A DNA stretch of 64,000 nucleotides from Octopus vulgaris (lineage: Eukaryota): assembly GCA_951406725.2 (NCBI GenBank), contig OX597842.1, positions 28,334,001-28,398,000 on the forward strand, read 5' to 3'. The notes below the pieces were generated by a model that worked only from the letters and a program-made list of their open reading frames with translations, was not told the origin of the DNA and made no database searches. The position numbers and the translations under genes were made by a program. Shown here in pieces: positions 23,845 through 36,429 of the stretch (position 1 is the stretch's first letter; every line of letters starts with the position of its first letter).

Positions 23845-23876
<32 letters not shown>
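21232..23876 (+). mobile_element. 5'-truncated RTE-clade LINE
   Basis: Complete RT region, 3' UTR, long (GAT)n tail; the endonuclease is missing. Confidence 0.95.
21360..23249 (+). CDS. RTE reverse transcriptase ORF (629 aa, N-truncated) with in-frame PHD finger
   Basis: GKAPGPSGI, NYRGIKL, QFGF, KAFD, HQGS, YADD, then CSIC-CTKC-H-C-CGRC, then FRYLG. Confidence 0.9.
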   Translation: MRREDQRLEVFRIARQCVRENRDVVGEKCVRIEDGSLALNEDAKREVWRCHYERLLNKENEWDKESLPNVDPTEGPAIRVDGSVVAKAIRSMKTGKAPGPSGITAEMLKMSGSVGYSLVTHIVNQVIHKGVIPNEWCSSIIVNCYKGKGDALDTNNYRGIKLLDQVMKVTERVIAQLIRERVSLDEMQFGFVPGKSTTDAIFLVRQLQEKYLAKDKPLYLAFVDMEKAFDRVARSLIWWAMRKLGIDEWLVRAVRAMYRDAASRVRVGNEYSEEFRVEVGVHQGSVLIPLLFIIVLQAITEEFKTGCPWELLYADDLALIAESLSELEKFQVWKQGLESKGLRVNLAKTKVVISRKVDKSQTPSGRWPCSICRKGVGRNSIRCTKCKLWTHKRCSNVKGRLTRKMVFVCGRCSGAINTENALRPTSVTFQGEKLEIVDSFRYLGDQVSSGGGCAESVTARVRIAWAKFRELLPLLVTKGLSNRVKGRLYDACVRTAMLHGSETWALTAEDMRKLARNEASMLRWMCNVSTHTRQSVSTLREKLDLRSISCGVQERRLRWYGHVARMDEDSCVKKCHTLAVEGTCGRGRPRKTWDEVVKHNLRTLGLTEEMTRDRVLWKCAVREKTRQDK

Positions 23877-24068
23877 ATAACGGGAAGGTTTACGAAAATA
23901 AGCGGGGGACGAGGGCAGGTGGAGTACAGGCAAATAATGTATTGGTTTGGTGCTCAGGAATAGAAATAAAACAAGTCTTTTGCGTTTCGAGCCTGCGCTC
24001 TTCGACAGAGGGATACATGGAGGAGAAGCAAGGAGAGAGAAAAATTGCGTGTAGGGGCTAACGATCCG
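23877..24068 (-). mobile_element. Penelope-like family-3 fragment with clustered A-to-G substitutions on the + strand
   Basis: Aligns by eye with the reverse complements of 6522-6724 and 29511-29697. Confidence 0.75.
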
Positions 24069-24249
24069 ATATATATATATATAGCTAGAATATGTATTGT
24101 CATCTCAATAACCTAACTCATTCCTTTACATATATATATATATATGTATATATGGAGATAGATGGATAGGTAGGTAGATAGCATGCTTAGTGTTGATACA
24201 CAAAACTCTCAGTTCTTGAGTAACTTTGTAACTTCTGCCAATTATTAAT

Positions 24250-24288
<39 letters not shown>

Positions 24289-25089
24289 TGGCTAGCAATC
24301 TATCCGGCATTCACCATGATAGATTGTTAGCCACTAAACCTTTTCTATTTTCTCTCCCTGTTTATTTCTGTGTTCCTCTGGGGCTAAAACAGTAACAACA
24401 GGTACAGGGATGAGCCATAGAAAGAGCCACTTTGTGGTCACTTGACCTATTAGAAATAGCAGCTAAATCTCCCTCAGAACGTTACCCTTTTGTTTCAAAG
24501 GAAGAATGCATTGGATAACAGTATGGCTCTAGACAAACTATTCTTGAATATGATATGGGATGGTCATAGCTGAGACACGTTTAATAGTAAATTTTTTGAA
24601 TTAGGGTTAACCTAGAGCTAAACAGAACACACATACACACACACACACTAGGCCTTTGTGCGTGAGCACATTCCTGGCAATAATGTCTGTTCATTCCACT
24701 TCAGGCATTCTTTTTGATCCTTTTGTTACCATATTTCTGCATATTTCTAATTAAATACCCTACTCATTATGTGTCACAATTAATTTTGAAGATAATCCAG
24801 TAATCTGAAGGGCCTTAATTATACAAAACCACTAACTCTTTTATGATCTATTAAGTTTGTGAGTTTTTGTTATCTAAAAAACATTATTTTAGCCAAATGG
24901 CCATTCATTAAATTAGAATGGAAGGTAATAAAACGAAACATATGGGTGCAGGTGTGGCAGTGTGGTTCCCAACCACTTGGTTTTGGGTTCAGTCCCACTG
25001 TGTGGCACCTTGGGCAAGTGTCTTCTACCGTGACCCTGGGCCAGCCAAAGCCTTGGGAGTGGATATATATTTTTTTTTCTTCACCTTAC

Positions 25090-25673
25090 TGGCACTTGTG
25101 TTGGTGGCATGTAAAAAACAACATTCGAGTGAGGTCATTGCCAGTGCCGCTGGACTGGCTCCTGTGCAGGTGGCACATAATAACACCATTTGAGCATGGC
25201 CATCGCAAGTACTGCTTGACTGGTCCTCATGCCGGTGGCACATAATAACACCATTTGAGCATGGCCATCGCAAGTACTGCTTGACTGGTCCTCATGCCGG
25301 TGGCACATAATAACACCATTTGAGCATGGCCATCGCAAGTACTGCTTGACTGGTCCTCATGCCGGTGGCACATAATAACACCATTTGAGCATGGCCATCG
25401 CAAGTACTGCTTGACTGGTCCTCATGCCGGTGGCACATAATAACACCATTTGAGCATGGCCATCGCAAGTACTGCTTGACTGGTCCTCATGCCGGTGGCA
25501 TGTAAAAGCACCCACTACACTCTCAGAGTGGTTGGCGTTAGGAAGGGCATCCAGCTGTAGAAACTCTGCCAGATGAGATTGGAGCCTAGTGCAGCAATCT
25601 GGCTTGCCAGTCCTCAGTCAAACCATCCAACCCATGCTAGCATGGAGGGCGGATGTTTAACGATGATGATGAT

Positions 25674-25676
<3 letters not shown>
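25090..25676 (+). mobile_element. RTE 3' tail with five identical 65-bp units
   Basis: taacaccatttgagc at 25181, 25246, 25311, 25376 and 25441; tail motif and (GAT)n follow. Confidence 0.9.
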
Positions 25677-25717
<41 letters not shown>

Positions 25718-26730
25718 GTCATATTGAAGGCCGCCAAAATGATGGCAAGATGATTTAGTAAAACAGTTTGGAGCAAGATAGAAAAGAATGGGGCAATCAA
25801 GAAAATTGAAAGTGCATTGTAATCAGCAGTGTATGACAATATCCGATAGCCTGGTCAATACAATGAAGTACACACACACACACACATACATTTACTTATG
25901 TCTACACATACATTTATGCATACACATGTCTATACATACATCCACTTTGTTGTGTGTGTGTGTATCTATGATCACTGTCATCATTTAATGTCCATTTTCT
26001 GTACTGGTATGGGTTTTATGATTTGACGGTTTGACAGGATCTGGCCAGCTGTGCTTAGCTGTACATACATTCACTTATTTGCCTGGCTATACATATATTC
26101 ACTTCTGTCTACTCACACATTTACGCATACACATATGCATACATACATCCACTCGTGTCCATGTGTGTGTCTGTGTGTATATACAATCATTGTCGTCATT
26201 TAATGTCCATTTTCCGTGCTGGTATGGGTTTGACGGTTTGACAGGAGCTGGCAAGCCGGATGACTGTGCCTGGCTGCACATACATTCACTTCTGTCTACT
26301 CATACATTTATGCACACACATGTATATACATACATCAACTTGTGCGTGTATGTGTGAGTGTGTGTATATGATCGTTGTCGGCATTTAATGTCCATTTTCT
26401 GTGCTGGTATCGGTTTGACAGTTTGACAGGAGCTGGCAAGCCACAAGACTGTGCCTGGCTGTACTCCCTCCTTTGGCATGCTTTCTATGGCTGGATGCCC
26501 TTACTAATTCCAATTACTTTACAGAGAGTACTGGGAGCTTTATGAGACACCAGCACCAGCTAGGTCACCAGGTAATTTGCAAGACATGACCCATCGGCTG
26601 AGGGCTTAGTAGTTGTGATGAAGTTGGCTTTGTGTCAAGTGATTAGAGGTTGGAGTATGATAGACGGACAGAAACAGATGTCTTGCTGTAGAGAAGTGAG
26701 TCAGGATTTACCATCTACATATATATGTAC

Positions 26731-26766
<36 letters not shown>

Positions 26767-26882
26767 TTATATATATATATTTATGATTATTAATAGTAGG
26801 GAATATAATGTTCCAAGGCAACAGAGGAAAACAAACTCAATTTAGCAATACTAAATCAAGTTTCATGATATATATATATATT

Positions 26883-27174
26883 TTGTTTGTTCCTTCTCGA
26901 ACCATGCCTGGCTCATAAGGGCCGGTTTCCCGGTTTCTTTGCGTATAGGTTCCCCACCTGGATGGGATGCCGGTCTGTCGCAGGTGAGCTGCAAGATGGA
27001 GGACGAGAGAAAGTTGTGGCGAAAGAGTCAGCAGAAGTTTCGCCATTACCTTCTGCCGGAGCCGCGTGGAGCTTAGGTGTTTCGCTCATAAACACACACA
27101 TCGCCCGGTCTGAGATTCGAACCCGCGATCCCTCGACCGTGAGTCCACTGCTCTAACCACTAGGCCATGTACCT
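26883..27174 (-). mobile_element. tRNA-derived SINE, family-B head with a different 3' half
   Basis: Minus strand tggcctagtggttagagc...gggttcgaatctc (A/B boxes); body shared with 6121-6388 up to ~actctttc, then diverges; (ACAA)n tail. Confidence 0.85.
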
Positions 27175-27296
27175 CTACTATATATATATACATACACACA
27201 CACACACATATATATACGCACATACAAACATATACACATATATCTACACGCACATACACATAAACATATATTCACATGCATATATACACATGCACA

Positions 27297-27332
<36 letters not shown>

Positions 27333-27357
27333 CACACACACATATGCATACACACAC

Positions 27358-27410
<53 letters not shown>

Positions 27411-27710
27411 TATGCATACTTAAGCTAGTAACCTGCCTCACTCTTGATTCCGAATTCCTTTTGCCAAGTCTGTCCGTAAACGAAGTGATCCCAAGATAAG
27501 AAATCTTTGAACTTTAATTCATCCGTATCTCTATTTATTATTATTATTTATTAATTATTATTATTCTGATCCCCCTAGTCGCCACTCTGTTTACTATTTC
27601 AGCCTCGCCTCGTTTTTGCATATTCTGTATAATTCACTAGTTATCGTTATAGATATTTAAGATCTATCTCCCTTACAGGGCTGATTAGAAATTGGCTGCC
27701 GGTTCTTCGT

Positions 27711-28089
27711 GCCTAGAACCTGTCCTCTGAACCACCCCTCCCGCTGGTGCTCCCCTATATTTCTGCACCCCCACCACCACCATTATAGGTGTCTACTCTT
27801 TGAACCCCCCTCTTCAATACGCTATTTCACCATGCATTACCCCTCTCTCGATATCCTACGTTCTACTTGCCTAGAACCTGTCCTCTGAACCACCCCTCCC
27901 ACTGGTGCTCCCCTATATTTCTGCACCCCCCACCACCATTATAGGTGTCTACTCTTTGAACCCCCCTCTTCAATACGCTATTTCACCATGCATTACCCCT
28001 CTCTCGATATCCTACGTTCTACTTGCCTATTACCTGTCCTCTGAACCACCCCTCCCACTGGTGCTCCCCTATATTTCTGCACCCCCCCC
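27711..28089. repeat. ~157-bp tandem repeat, ~2.4 copies
   Basis: cctgtcctctgaaccacccctccc at ~27719, ~27877 and ~28033. Confidence 0.9.
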
Positions 28090-28531
28090 ATAAAAAAAGC
28101 ACCATCCGAACGTGGCCGATGCCAGACCCCTCTGGCACCTGTGCAGGTGGCACGTAAAAAACACCCACTACACTCGCGGAGTGGTTGGCGTTAGGAAGGG
28201 CATCCAGCTGTAGAAACACTGCCAGACTAGACTGGAGCCTGGGGCAGTCCCGAGCTCTCCAGACCCCGGTCGAAACCGTCCAACCCGTGCTAGCGCGGAA
28301 AACGGACGTTAAACGATGATGATGATGATGATGATGATATATATATGCATAAACACACATATATACACTACACTCACTACACTCACGGAGTGGTTGGCGT
28401 TGGGAAGGGCATCCAGCCGTAGAAACATTGCCAGATCAGACTGGGCCTGGTGCAGCCTTCCGGCTTCCCACACCCCGGTTGAACCGTCCAGCCCATGCCA
28501 GCATGGAGGCGGACGCTAAACGATGATGATG
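28090..28531 (+). mobile_element. Two consecutive RTE 3' tails
   Basis: ggagtggttggcgtt(a/g)ggaagggcatcc and (GAT)n occur twice. Confidence 0.85.
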
Positions 28532-29076
28532 ACCCACACACACACACACATATATACATACACACATATATATACATACACACACACACATATATATATA
28601 TATATACATAAATACACATTTATACACGTGTATATAAACTCACATGCACACACACAAACACAAATCCTCACCATCTCAGACTTTCTCTTTTACAAACACG
28701 CAATGAAACGGAAATGTATGGGAGACCAATGGAATCACTGGCTGTCATTGCTGTTCAATGAAGCCAGCAGCTGTTATTAGTTCTGAAGTTAACCAATTGA
28801 ATATTGGATGGGTGGTGGGGGGGGGGGAATAAAGAGAAGTACCTCTTAGTGTGAAATTGAAACTAAAACTGTGAGGATTCCATATGAAGGTGTGTTTATT
28901 ACGTAGATGTTTATTTTTAGCCCTGACCGGACAGGAGTTAAACGTGACCATCTCATATTATTGTACGTCACGTACTACACTGGGCTGCCTAAATATGTAT
29001 GTAATATATGTACATGAATGTAGTGTATATGTGTATATGTATGTTATGTGTGTGTGTATGTATATATATATATATA

Positions 29077-29487
29077 GGCGCAGGAGTGGCTGTGTGGTAA
29101 GTAGCTTGCTAACCAACCACATGGTTCCGGGTTCAGTCCCACTGCATGGCATCTTGAGCAAGTGTCTTCTGCTATAGCCCCGGGCCGACCAATGCCTTGT
29201 GAGTGGATTTGGTAGACGGAAACTGAAAGAAGCCTGTCGTATATATGTATATATATATATAAGTGTCTGTGTATATGTTTGTGTGTCTGTGTTTGTCCCC
29301 CTAGCATTGCTTGACAACCGATGCTGGTATGTTTACGTCCCCGTCACTTAGCGGTTCGGCAAAAGAGACCGATAGAATAAGTACTGGGCTTACAAAGAAT
29401 AAGTCCCGGGGTCGATTTGCTCGACTAAAGGCGGTGCTCCAGCATGGCCGCAGTCAAATGACTGAAACACGTAAAAGAGTAAAGAGT
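29077..29487 (+). mobile_element. Full-length tRNA-derived SINE (family A)
   Basis: tRNA-like head, ttgagcaagtgtcttc core, internal microsatellite, 3' tail shared with the CR1/L2-group LINE. Confidence 0.92.
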
Positions 29488-29510
29488 ATATATATGTTAT
29501 GTCTGTATAT

Positions 29511-29697
29511 GATGGATCGTTGGCCACTACACGCATTTTTATTCTCCCCTTGTTTTTTCTGTGTCCCTTTCTGTAGAGGAGCGTAGGCTCGAAACGTAAA
29601 AGACTTTTTCTATTCCTGAGCGTTATACTGGTACATCTGTTTGTTTTGTGCACCACCTGTCTTCGTCTTTTGTTTTTTTCGTGAACTCTCCTCCTAT
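29511..29697 (+). mobile_element. Penelope-like family-3 fragment with hammerhead-like motif
   Basis: cttt-ctgtaga-ggagc-gtag-gctc-gaaa-cg-ta-aaag. Confidence 0.6.
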
Positions 29698-29716
29698 ATA
29701 TATATGTGTATGTATG

Positions 29717-29787
<71 letters not shown>

Positions 29788-30255
29788 ATGTGAAGTATAT
29801 GTGTATGATGTTTATATGTATGTATGCATGGATACAATATGTGTCTAATGTTCGTATGTATATGTAGTGTATGTGTGTATATGTATGTAATGGATGTGTG
29901 TATATATGTTATGTATGTTATTTGTGTGTGTGTATATATATATATGTTATGTGTTTATATTATGTATGTATGTTATGTCTGTGTATATATTTACATATAT
30001 ATATATACCAACTCGCTCACCTATGTATGTATGTATGTATATGTGTGGTATATGTGTATGATGTTTATATGTATGTTACATATGTAATGTATTCATGCTA
30101 TATATATGTAAAGTATGTGCATGAAGTGTATATACATTATGTTATGTATGTGTGTATGTTGTGAATAAACATAATGTATGTATGTTATGAATAAATGTCA
30201 TGTATGTTAAATTTATACATGTATGGATGTATGTTATATATATATATATATCTAT

Positions 30256-31900
30256 CAGGGGCGTGCACTCTCAGGTATGCAAGGTATGCGTTGCATGCCC
30301 TGTGATTTTTTTATCCATATGATCGGAAAATTAGATAAAATAGTTACTTTGTTTCAAAGAAAATCCCTCCAGTTGTATTTTGTCTCCCCTTCTCTCTCAG
30401 TGACTCTACTTCTGCTTTTAGAAGTCATGCATCTACAAGACCAGCATGTCAGACACTCCCTCTCTGTCTCAGTTTGTCCTTCCTTCCCCTCTCTCTCTCT
30501 CTCTCTCTCTTTCTCTCTTAGTGACATGTTTAAAAGACATGCTAAAGGGATAGGGCATTTGAAATATTTTTACCCCCCCTTCCCCTTTCTCTTAGTGGCT
30601 CACATGCCTTGGGAAGACCCTCATGACCTCCCTCTCTGTCTCTTAGTTTGTCCCTTCTTCCTCTCTCTCTCTTAGTGAATTGATAAAACAGATGTTAGGA
30701 GGAAAGGTCGTTCATAGTATTTTGTATCCCCTTCCTCTCTCTCTCAGTGGCATGTCATGCTATGAGCTGACCGCATGATACCCACTTTCTGTATCTTTCT
30801 GTTTTGTTGAAATTGACTTACAATTTACGCTGGCGCTTCCACGTGTGTGTGTTCGTATATAAGAACAACCTTTTACGAAATGAGTGAAATGTGTGTTATA
30901 AACGATATTTTGAGAAATAGTTTTTTGAAAGGAGAATTCGCTGGAAAATAATTAATTATAACGGTGGGAGACCAACACCGAAAAGGGCTAATGCATTAGA
31001 TAACATTGTTAAGAAAAAAGATTTCCGAAGGCAACAGCAATGGAATTACTCCTCACGGCTTAATTATTACCACAAAGGAAAATTATAATTTCATAATCAG
31101 CCTTTTTGAGCACATCATAGAAAATCCTGAAGCATGGGATGATACCACCATAAATTCAGCAATTGGATTCTTACACACTTTAAAAGCTCCTGATTTCTTA
31201 TTTTTGTTAGAAGTATTCAGTGAGACTTTTTCTTTTTTCTTATTTAACATCCTCCAGAGTAAAAGTCATGACATAGTGTATTGTAAAGATCAAATAGATA
31301 AAACTAGAACTGTACTCGAAAACAAACTTGATAATTTTTCAATCTCTTTTACTTGTTTCAGTCATTTGACTGCGGCCATGCTGGAGCACCGCCTTTAATC
31401 GAGCAACTCGACCCCGGGACTTATTCTTTTGTAAGCCCAGTACTTATTCTATCGGTCTCTTTTGCCGAACCGCTAAGTAACGGGGACATAAACACACCAG
31501 CATCGGTTGTCAAGCAATGCTAGGGGGACAAACACAGACGCACAAACACACACACGCATATATATACATACATATATACCACGGGCTTCTTTCAGTTTCC
31601 GTCTACCAAATCCACTCACAAGGCTTTGGTCGGCCCGAGATTATAGTAGAAGACACTTGCCCGAGTTGCCACGCAGTGGGACTGAACCCAGGGGGAAAAA
31701 TATGGAGTCGATGCAGGAATCGGAATTCAGAGATCCAAGAATATATCTATTGAGCCCCAACGACATTATAAAATGCTTTATAACAAAATTATCAGTACAA
31801 TAGTTGACCAAATAAAAGCACGATATTCATCCTTAGAAGAGTTTAAATTCATGGAACTTTCGAATTTCAACAAATTTGATGAGTATTGCAAACAATTTAA
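30256..31900 (+). mobile_element. Degenerate hAT (Tip100/ZMYM1-like) DNA transposon interrupted by a SINE
   Basis: 5' end caggggcgtgcac...ggtatgcaaggtatgcg; transposase-like pieces GRPTP, AIGFLHTLKAPDFLFLLEVF...LFNILQSK and IISTIVDQIKARY. Confidence 0.7.
31344..31690 (-). mobile_element. SINE family A (5'-truncated)
   Basis: Reverse-complement match to 29130-29480. Confidence 0.9.
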
Positions 31901-32034
31901 AAATCATGGGTACTATTTAAGAAGAGTGGTCCCGGTGTGCGCATCCGAGCATCTACGCCAGCTAGTCGTGACAAGTCAATCCTTACTTTGTGTTTTTGTG
32001 TTTTATATATTTTGTTTAAAAAATTTTACTTTGC

Positions 32035-32262
32035 AGGCGGCACGTAAAAAGCACCCACTACACTCACGGAGTGGTTGGCGTTAGGAAGGGCATCCAGCCG
32101 TCGAAACACTGCCAGATCTGACTGGGCCTGACGAAGCCTTCCAGCTTCACAGACCCCAATTGAACCGTCCAACCCATGCTAGCATGGAAAGCGGACGCTA
32201 AATGATGATGATGATGATGATGATATACACATATGTATATATATATATATGTGTGTACATAT

Positions 32263-32300
<38 letters not shown>

Positions 32301-32487
32301 TTAGCGTCCGTTCTCCATGCTAGCATGGGTTGGACGGTTCAACTGGGGTCTGTGAAGCTGGAAGGCTTCATCAGGCCCAGTCAGATCTGGCAGTGTTTCT
32401 ACAGCTGGATGCCCTTCCTAACGCCAACCACTCAGTGAGTGTAGTGGGTGCTTTTTACGTGCCACCCGCACAGGTGCCAGACAGAGC
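32035..32487. mobile_element. Two RTE 3' tails in tail-to-tail inverted orientation
   Basis: + copy 32035-32222 and - copy 32264-32487, separated by ~40 nt. Confidence 0.9.
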
Positions 32488-32566
32488 TATATATATATAT
32501 ATATATTTATATATATCTAAGTATATGAAAGAATGGAGTTGAACGACTGGTTAACAAGTATCCTTT

Positions 32567-32651
32567 ATTCTCGACATATGTTTCGAAGGCTGCAAATTCC
32601 TATTTCCGAAGGAATAAGGAGTACATTTTGCAGATTTCTCATCAGGAAAAT
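32567..32651 (-). ncRNA. Type I hammerhead ribozyme, canonical core, GUC site, palindromic minimal stem III
   Basis: Minus strand AUUUUC-CUGAUGA-GAA-AU-CUGCAAA-loop-UUUGCAG-CC-UUC-GAAA-CAUAUG-U-C/GAGAAU. Confidence 0.85.
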
Positions 32652-32735
32652 CCAGGAACTTATGTCGACATCAAAATGCACAAACAACTTTTAGTTGACT
32701 GCTCTCAAGGAGCCCATGGCAAAAATAAGGGTCTC

Positions 32736-32754
32736 TTTATAAGGAGTGACGTCA
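32736..32754 (-). promoter_or_regulatory. CRE palindrome plus TATA box upstream of the hammerhead
   Basis: TGACGTCA at 32747-32754 and TATAAA (minus strand) at 32736-32741, ~85 nt 5' of the ribozyme. Confidence 0.4.
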
Positions 32755-33390
32755 GAGTGGTTGAATGTAGAAGAATCTGGAAGGATCTAAAGGTTCAAGG
32801 GTTCAAACGAAGTAGGAGGAGGGAGGCATAAGAATATTAAGGTGAGAGGGTGCAGGTCAGAAGAATGGTGGGCTTAATTGATTTCTTTTATGAATGAGTG
32901 CCTGTGTGTGTGACTGAGTATAACTGCCTTAATGTGTGTATGTGTGTGTATGAATGCGTGAATGTGTCTGTGGATGGGCAGATGTCAGAAATACTGACTG
33001 CTGCTAGGTGAGAGGTCTGTGTCTGTGTGTTCGATTATGTTTACTGTAGGTGAATGAAAGTATATAGAGAAAGGGAGGGAGAGTCGGGCGAGTCGGGCGA
33101 AATCTGCAAAATGTACTCCTTATTCCTTCGGAATTAGGAATTTGCAGCCTTCGAAACATATGTCGAGAATAAAGGATACTTGTTAACCAGTCGTTCAACT
33201 CCATTCTTTCATATACTTATATATTTTTAAAATAAACATACAAATTTCCGCACGAAAGCACGTAGTCTATACCCTAGGGACGTAGCTTCAACCGTGTTCT
33301 TTCTGATGCGAATTTCCTACCCGGGTATCGGTTATCTTTCGAATTATCCTTAATAAGATAATTCAATCAACTACTCAAATATTTATATAT

Positions 33391-34644
33391 ATCATCATCA
33401 TCGTTTAACGTCCGTTCTCCATGCTAGCATGGGTTGGACGGTTCGACCGGGGATCTGGGAAGCCAGAAGTCTGCACCAGACTCCGGTCTTATCTGGCAAT
33501 GTTTCTACAGCTGGATGCCCTTCCTAACGCCAACCACTCCGTGAATGTAGTGGGTGCTTTTTACATGCCACCTGCACTGGTGCCAGGCGAAGCTGGCATC
33601 GGCCACGGTCGGATTGGTGCATTTTACGTGCCACCGGCACGGAAGCCAGTCGAGGCGGCACTGGCGTCGGCTATGATTCGGATGGTGCTTTTTACGTGCC
33701 ACCGACACGGAAGCCAGTCGACGCGGCGCTGGCATCGGCCACAATTCGGATAGTGCTTTTTACGTACCTCCAGTCCCAGGGCGCTGGCATCTGCCGGGTG
33801 CCAGTCATAGGATTAGTTCAATTTCGATTCCGATTTCGATTTCACTTGCCCCAACAGGTCTTCGCAAGGAAAGGGGGGTTGGCATGGGTGCCTGTCGTCG
33901 GATGAGGTTCGATATCGACTTCGCTTGCCTCAACAGGTCTTTGGGTCCAAGGGAGGAAAGGCATGCATAAGTGGGCTGGGCACACTTGTCCTGCCTGGTC
34001 TTCTCACGCACAGCATATTTCCAAAGGTCTCGGTCGCTGGTCATTTCCCCAGTGAGACCTAAGGTTCGAAGGTTGTGCTTCACCACCTCGTCCCAGGTTT
34101 TCCTGGGTCTACCTCTTCCACGGGTTCCCTCAACTGCTAGGGATTGGCACTTTTTCACACACCTATCCTCATCCATTCTCGCCACATGACCATACCAGCG
34201 CAATCGTCTCTCTTGCACACCACAACTGATGCTTCTTAGGTCCAACATTTCTCTCAGGGTACTAACGCTCTGTCGAGTATGCACGCTGACATTACACATC
34301 CATCGGAGCATACTGGCTTCATTCCTCACGAGCTTACGCATGTCCTCAGCAGTCACGGCCCATGTTTCACTGCCATGTAGCATGGCTGTTCGTACACATG
34401 CATCATACGGTCTGCCTTTTACTCTGAGCGAGAGGCCTTTTGTCACCAGCAGAGGTAAGAGCTCCCTAAACTTTGCCCAAGCTATTCTTACTCTAGCAGT
34501 TACACTTTCAGCACACCCAACCCCACTACTGACTTGGTCACCTAGGTAACGGAAGCTATCAACTACTTCTAGTTTTTCCCCTGGAAAGTGACGGAAGTTG
34601 TTATCTGCAGATTTTCAGAGATTTTTGCTCCTGAGCATCTGCCA

Positions 34645-34645
<1 letters not shown>
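33391..34645 (-). mobile_element. 5'-truncated RTE LINE of a sister subfamily
   Basis: ORF 33805-34446 is homologous to the RT C-terminus; different proximal 3' UTR; (CAT)n tail. Confidence 0.92.
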
Positions 34646-34705
<60 letters not shown>

Positions 34706-34756
34706 TATATACTTATATATATATACATATATATATATACTTATATACATATACAT

Positions 34757-34827
<71 letters not shown>

Positions 34828-34931
34828 AAATATTGAATTTCTTAATCAGGAGGCGTTCGATGCTTCCTAGGGCTATACAGCGGTGGTGTACCCCCTACTG
34901 TCACGTTCATGTTAGATTGACAGTATACAAC

Positions 34932-34980
<49 letters not shown>

Positions 34981-34989
34981 TACATATAT

Positions 34990-36420
<1,431 letters not shown>

Positions 36421-36429
36421 ACAAACATA

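Larger units (their letters stand above)
32518..33219. mobile_element. Penelope-like insertion (family 2) with ~120-bp inverted terminal repeat
   Basis: 32518-32638 is the near-perfect reverse complement of 33099-33219; contains a hammerhead. Confidence 0.7.

Noticed and set aside
27100-27174. tRNA gene
   Set aside because: The tRNA-like head runs into a SINE body; no acceptor stem or terminator was seen. The same applies to 6121, 29077 and 35711
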